This document shows, in pieces, positions 62,429-64,000 of a stretch of DNA of 64,000 bases. The notes under the pieces are model-generated. The model had not been told where the DNA came from. It saw only the letters and a list, made by a program, of their open reading frames with translations, and did no database searches. The position numbers and the translations under genes were made by a program. How positions within the stretch are numbered: position 1 is the stretch's first letter; every line of letters begins with the position of its first letter. Source of the stretch: Chitinivibrionales bacterium (GTDB lineage Bacteria > Fibrobacterota > Chitinivibrionia > Chitinivibrionales > WJKA01); NCBI GenBank assembly GCA_038247415.1, contig JBBRUX010000008.1:41991-105990 (forward strand), given 5' to 3'.

Positions 62429-63571
62429 ATGACAAACGCGGCACGTCTCTTGCTTATTGTCCTTATTGGCCTGAGTGGCATTGTGTATGCGAAAACCGAT
62501 GCAACACGAAAATCTGAGCTAACTTCGCTTTTTGGCACAAGCTCTTGGAGAATTGTATATGAAGATGACCTCGAAGGAGCTCCGGTTTTACAAAAACTGG
62601 ATTCTACCGGGAAAATAAACCCCTTCCTTAAAACCGCGGGCAGCAATAATCATCTGCCAAATTTTACTATTGACGGAACAAGAGTTGTCTATATCAACGC
62701 GGGGGCTGGTTCTGTATGCATTGCAGACTGGGCAACCGGCACTGCCAAAACCATTGTTTCAGGTGGATATACAGGGGGCGATGGTGACGCAGTGAGCAGT
62801 TACAAAAACAGCGCGGGCAAAGACATGGTACTTTGCAAACCAGGTAATTCCTCTACCGTGTACCTGATTGATGCCGATAATACGTCCGACAAGCAAACAG
62901 CCTATTCCGGGAACCTGTCGCCTTCCTATATCTCCATTTCGGGCGATGGCAAATACATTGCTGCAGATTGGAGTGGATACAATACGGTTGGTGTCTATGA
63001 TGTTGTAAACAAATCCGGCCCTACCTACTGGCCTTGTTCGGGAATGGGTGTGCAGAGTCCCAATCAATGTGCTGGGGGCTGTTGGCTCACTATTGCCCGT
63101 GATAATACCCATAATATCATTTACACCATCGAACCGCATCGGGGATGCCTTAAAATCAATGGAACCCAGAAATTGCTCGATAAAACATTCCCGTTTATTC
63201 AAAGTGGCACCGAATACAATGGGCTGCGATGGAGCAACGATCAGAATTTTTGTTCTGTTTACGATGACGAAAACCAGTCTGCAAATCCGTATATCGTGCG
63301 GCTGAGTGATATGAGTTATGTGACACTTGAGGATGGATTATCAACCCTGGCGGGGCATGTTGGCATGCATATCGGGCCTGCCAGTCCTGTTTCAACGTTC
63401 CCTGTTGCTCACAATGTTAATGTGTCTTTTGGAATAAAGCCGTCCCTCATTGTCGATCTTTTGGGACGTCCAATCTCCGGCACACAGTTGGCAAAACCGG
63501 GAGTTTATTTCGAGCAATTCAACGCTTCACAATCGTCACAAAAAACAGTAGTAAGAAATTTTGCGCAGTAA
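62429..63571 (+). CDS. Secreted TolB-like beta-propeller protein, paralog C
   Basis: VYA-KT; TIDGTRVV; AGKDMVLCK; ISGDG; GGCW; TIEPH; VDLLGR tail; collinear with 53591..54772. Confidence 0.65.
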   Translation: MTNAARLLLIVLIGLSGIVYAKTDATRKSELTSLFGTSSWRIVYEDDLEGAPVLQKLDSTGKINPFLKTAGSNNHLPNFTIDGTRVVYINAGAGSVCIADWATGTAKTIVSGGYTGGDGDAVSSYKNSAGKDMVLCKPGNSSTVYLIDADNTSDKQTAYSGNLSPSYISISGDGKYIAADWSGYNTVGVYDVVNKSGPTYWPCSGMGVQSPNQCAGGCWLTIARDNTHNIIYTIEPHRGCLKINGTQKLLDKTFPFIQSGTEYNGLRWSNDQNFCSVYDDENQSANPYIVRLSDMSYVTLEDGLSTLAGHVGMHIGPASPVSTFPVAHNVNVSFGIKPSLIVDLLGRPISGTQLAKPGVYFEQFNASQSSQKTVVRNFAQ

Positions 63572-63593
63572 ACTCTTAAGAGGAGCTTTTATT

Positions 63594-63950
63594 ATGACCG
63601 TGAAATTGAGGAACAACCTTGCGTATATCCTGATTGTGCTTTCCTTGGTGCTATGCTCAATCACACCTGTGGTAGCAGTTACTCCAAGTGTTGATGCAGG
63701 CGTTGACAGTACAGTTTATAGTCGCAATAGAAGTTTGTTTTTGTATGGTAGTGTTAATGACAACGGAGCTGTCCGCGACTCGCTGAAGTGGACCACCCTG
63801 TCGGGCCCGGGCACAGTTAACTTTGGGGCACCCGAACTTGAAGGTGGAAGCATTAAATTTCCCGATACTAACGGAACATTTGTTTTGGAGCTACGGGCTT
63901 ACTATGGGGCACAAAGCTATGCAGATCAAGTGTCGTGTGTGTTTTATTAA
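63594..63950 (+). CDS. Secreted PKD/Ig-like protein, paralog of 52547..53491; probably truncated
   Basis: TPSVDAG, DNG.V.DS..W..LSGP, FPDT.G, ELRA.YG..SYAD shared with the paralog; ends early. Confidence 0.65.
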   Translation: MTVKLRNNLAYILIVLSLVLCSITPVVAVTPSVDAGVDSTVYSRNRSLFLYGSVNDNGAVRDSLKWTTLSGPGTVNFGAPELEGGSIKFPDTNGTFVLELRAYYGAQSYADQVSCVFY

Positions 63951-64000
63951 TAGAATAACCACAAGAATGTAACATGACGGGGGGGGGGGTTGGTGGGTGG

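Noticed and set aside
63930..64000. G-rich tail (long G run, GGTGGGTGG) as a G-quadruplex or regulatory element
   Set aside because: Similarity to the paralog stops abruptly just before it and the sequence becomes low-complexity at the window edge. A low-quality contig end is more likely, so the early stop of 63594..63950 may be artefactual.

Overview
Bacterial chromosomal window of moderate GC. It is inferred, not proven, to be Fibrobacterota/Chitinivibrionia-like, based on secreted proteins with [YF]D..GR C-terminal tails, a double-GntR/LacI regulator and a yeast-type chorismate mutase. No rRNA, tRNA, CRISPR array or transposase was recognised. Layout: (1-0.8 kb) two prepilin genes. (1-2.5 kb) birA and coaX. 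(2.6-23.2 kb) a long minus-strand housekeeping run: lepA, lepB-like, trpB, trpA, chorismate mutase, tyrA, aroA-like, nadK, recN, SDR, glycosyltransferases, FecR/barrel protein, PBP, era. The lepB-like and aroA-like genes lack their catalytic residues. (23.3-28 kb) an intact radical SAM/SPASM + YG-motif lipoprotein pair, then an internally deleted second copy, each preceded by the same palindromic element. (28-36.7 kb) flagellar cluster flgJ, flgN, flgK, flgL, fliC, fliW, csrA, merR-like, glycosyltransferase, with three sigma-54 promoters and CsrA-type hairpins. (36.9-43.5 kb) ampG, then an FNR-box-preceded hemerythrin, FNT channel, asrABC, ferritin-like operon. (43.7-52.3 kb) helicase, tgt, aminopeptidase, Smr, GT9, an ATPase pseudogene and a sigma-54-type Fe-SOD. 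(52.5-64 kb) a glycan-utilisation-like island: three paralogous secreted proteins and two paralogous partners around a GH127-like enzyme, a GntR-GntR-LacI regulator and an ADP-ribosylglycohydrolase.
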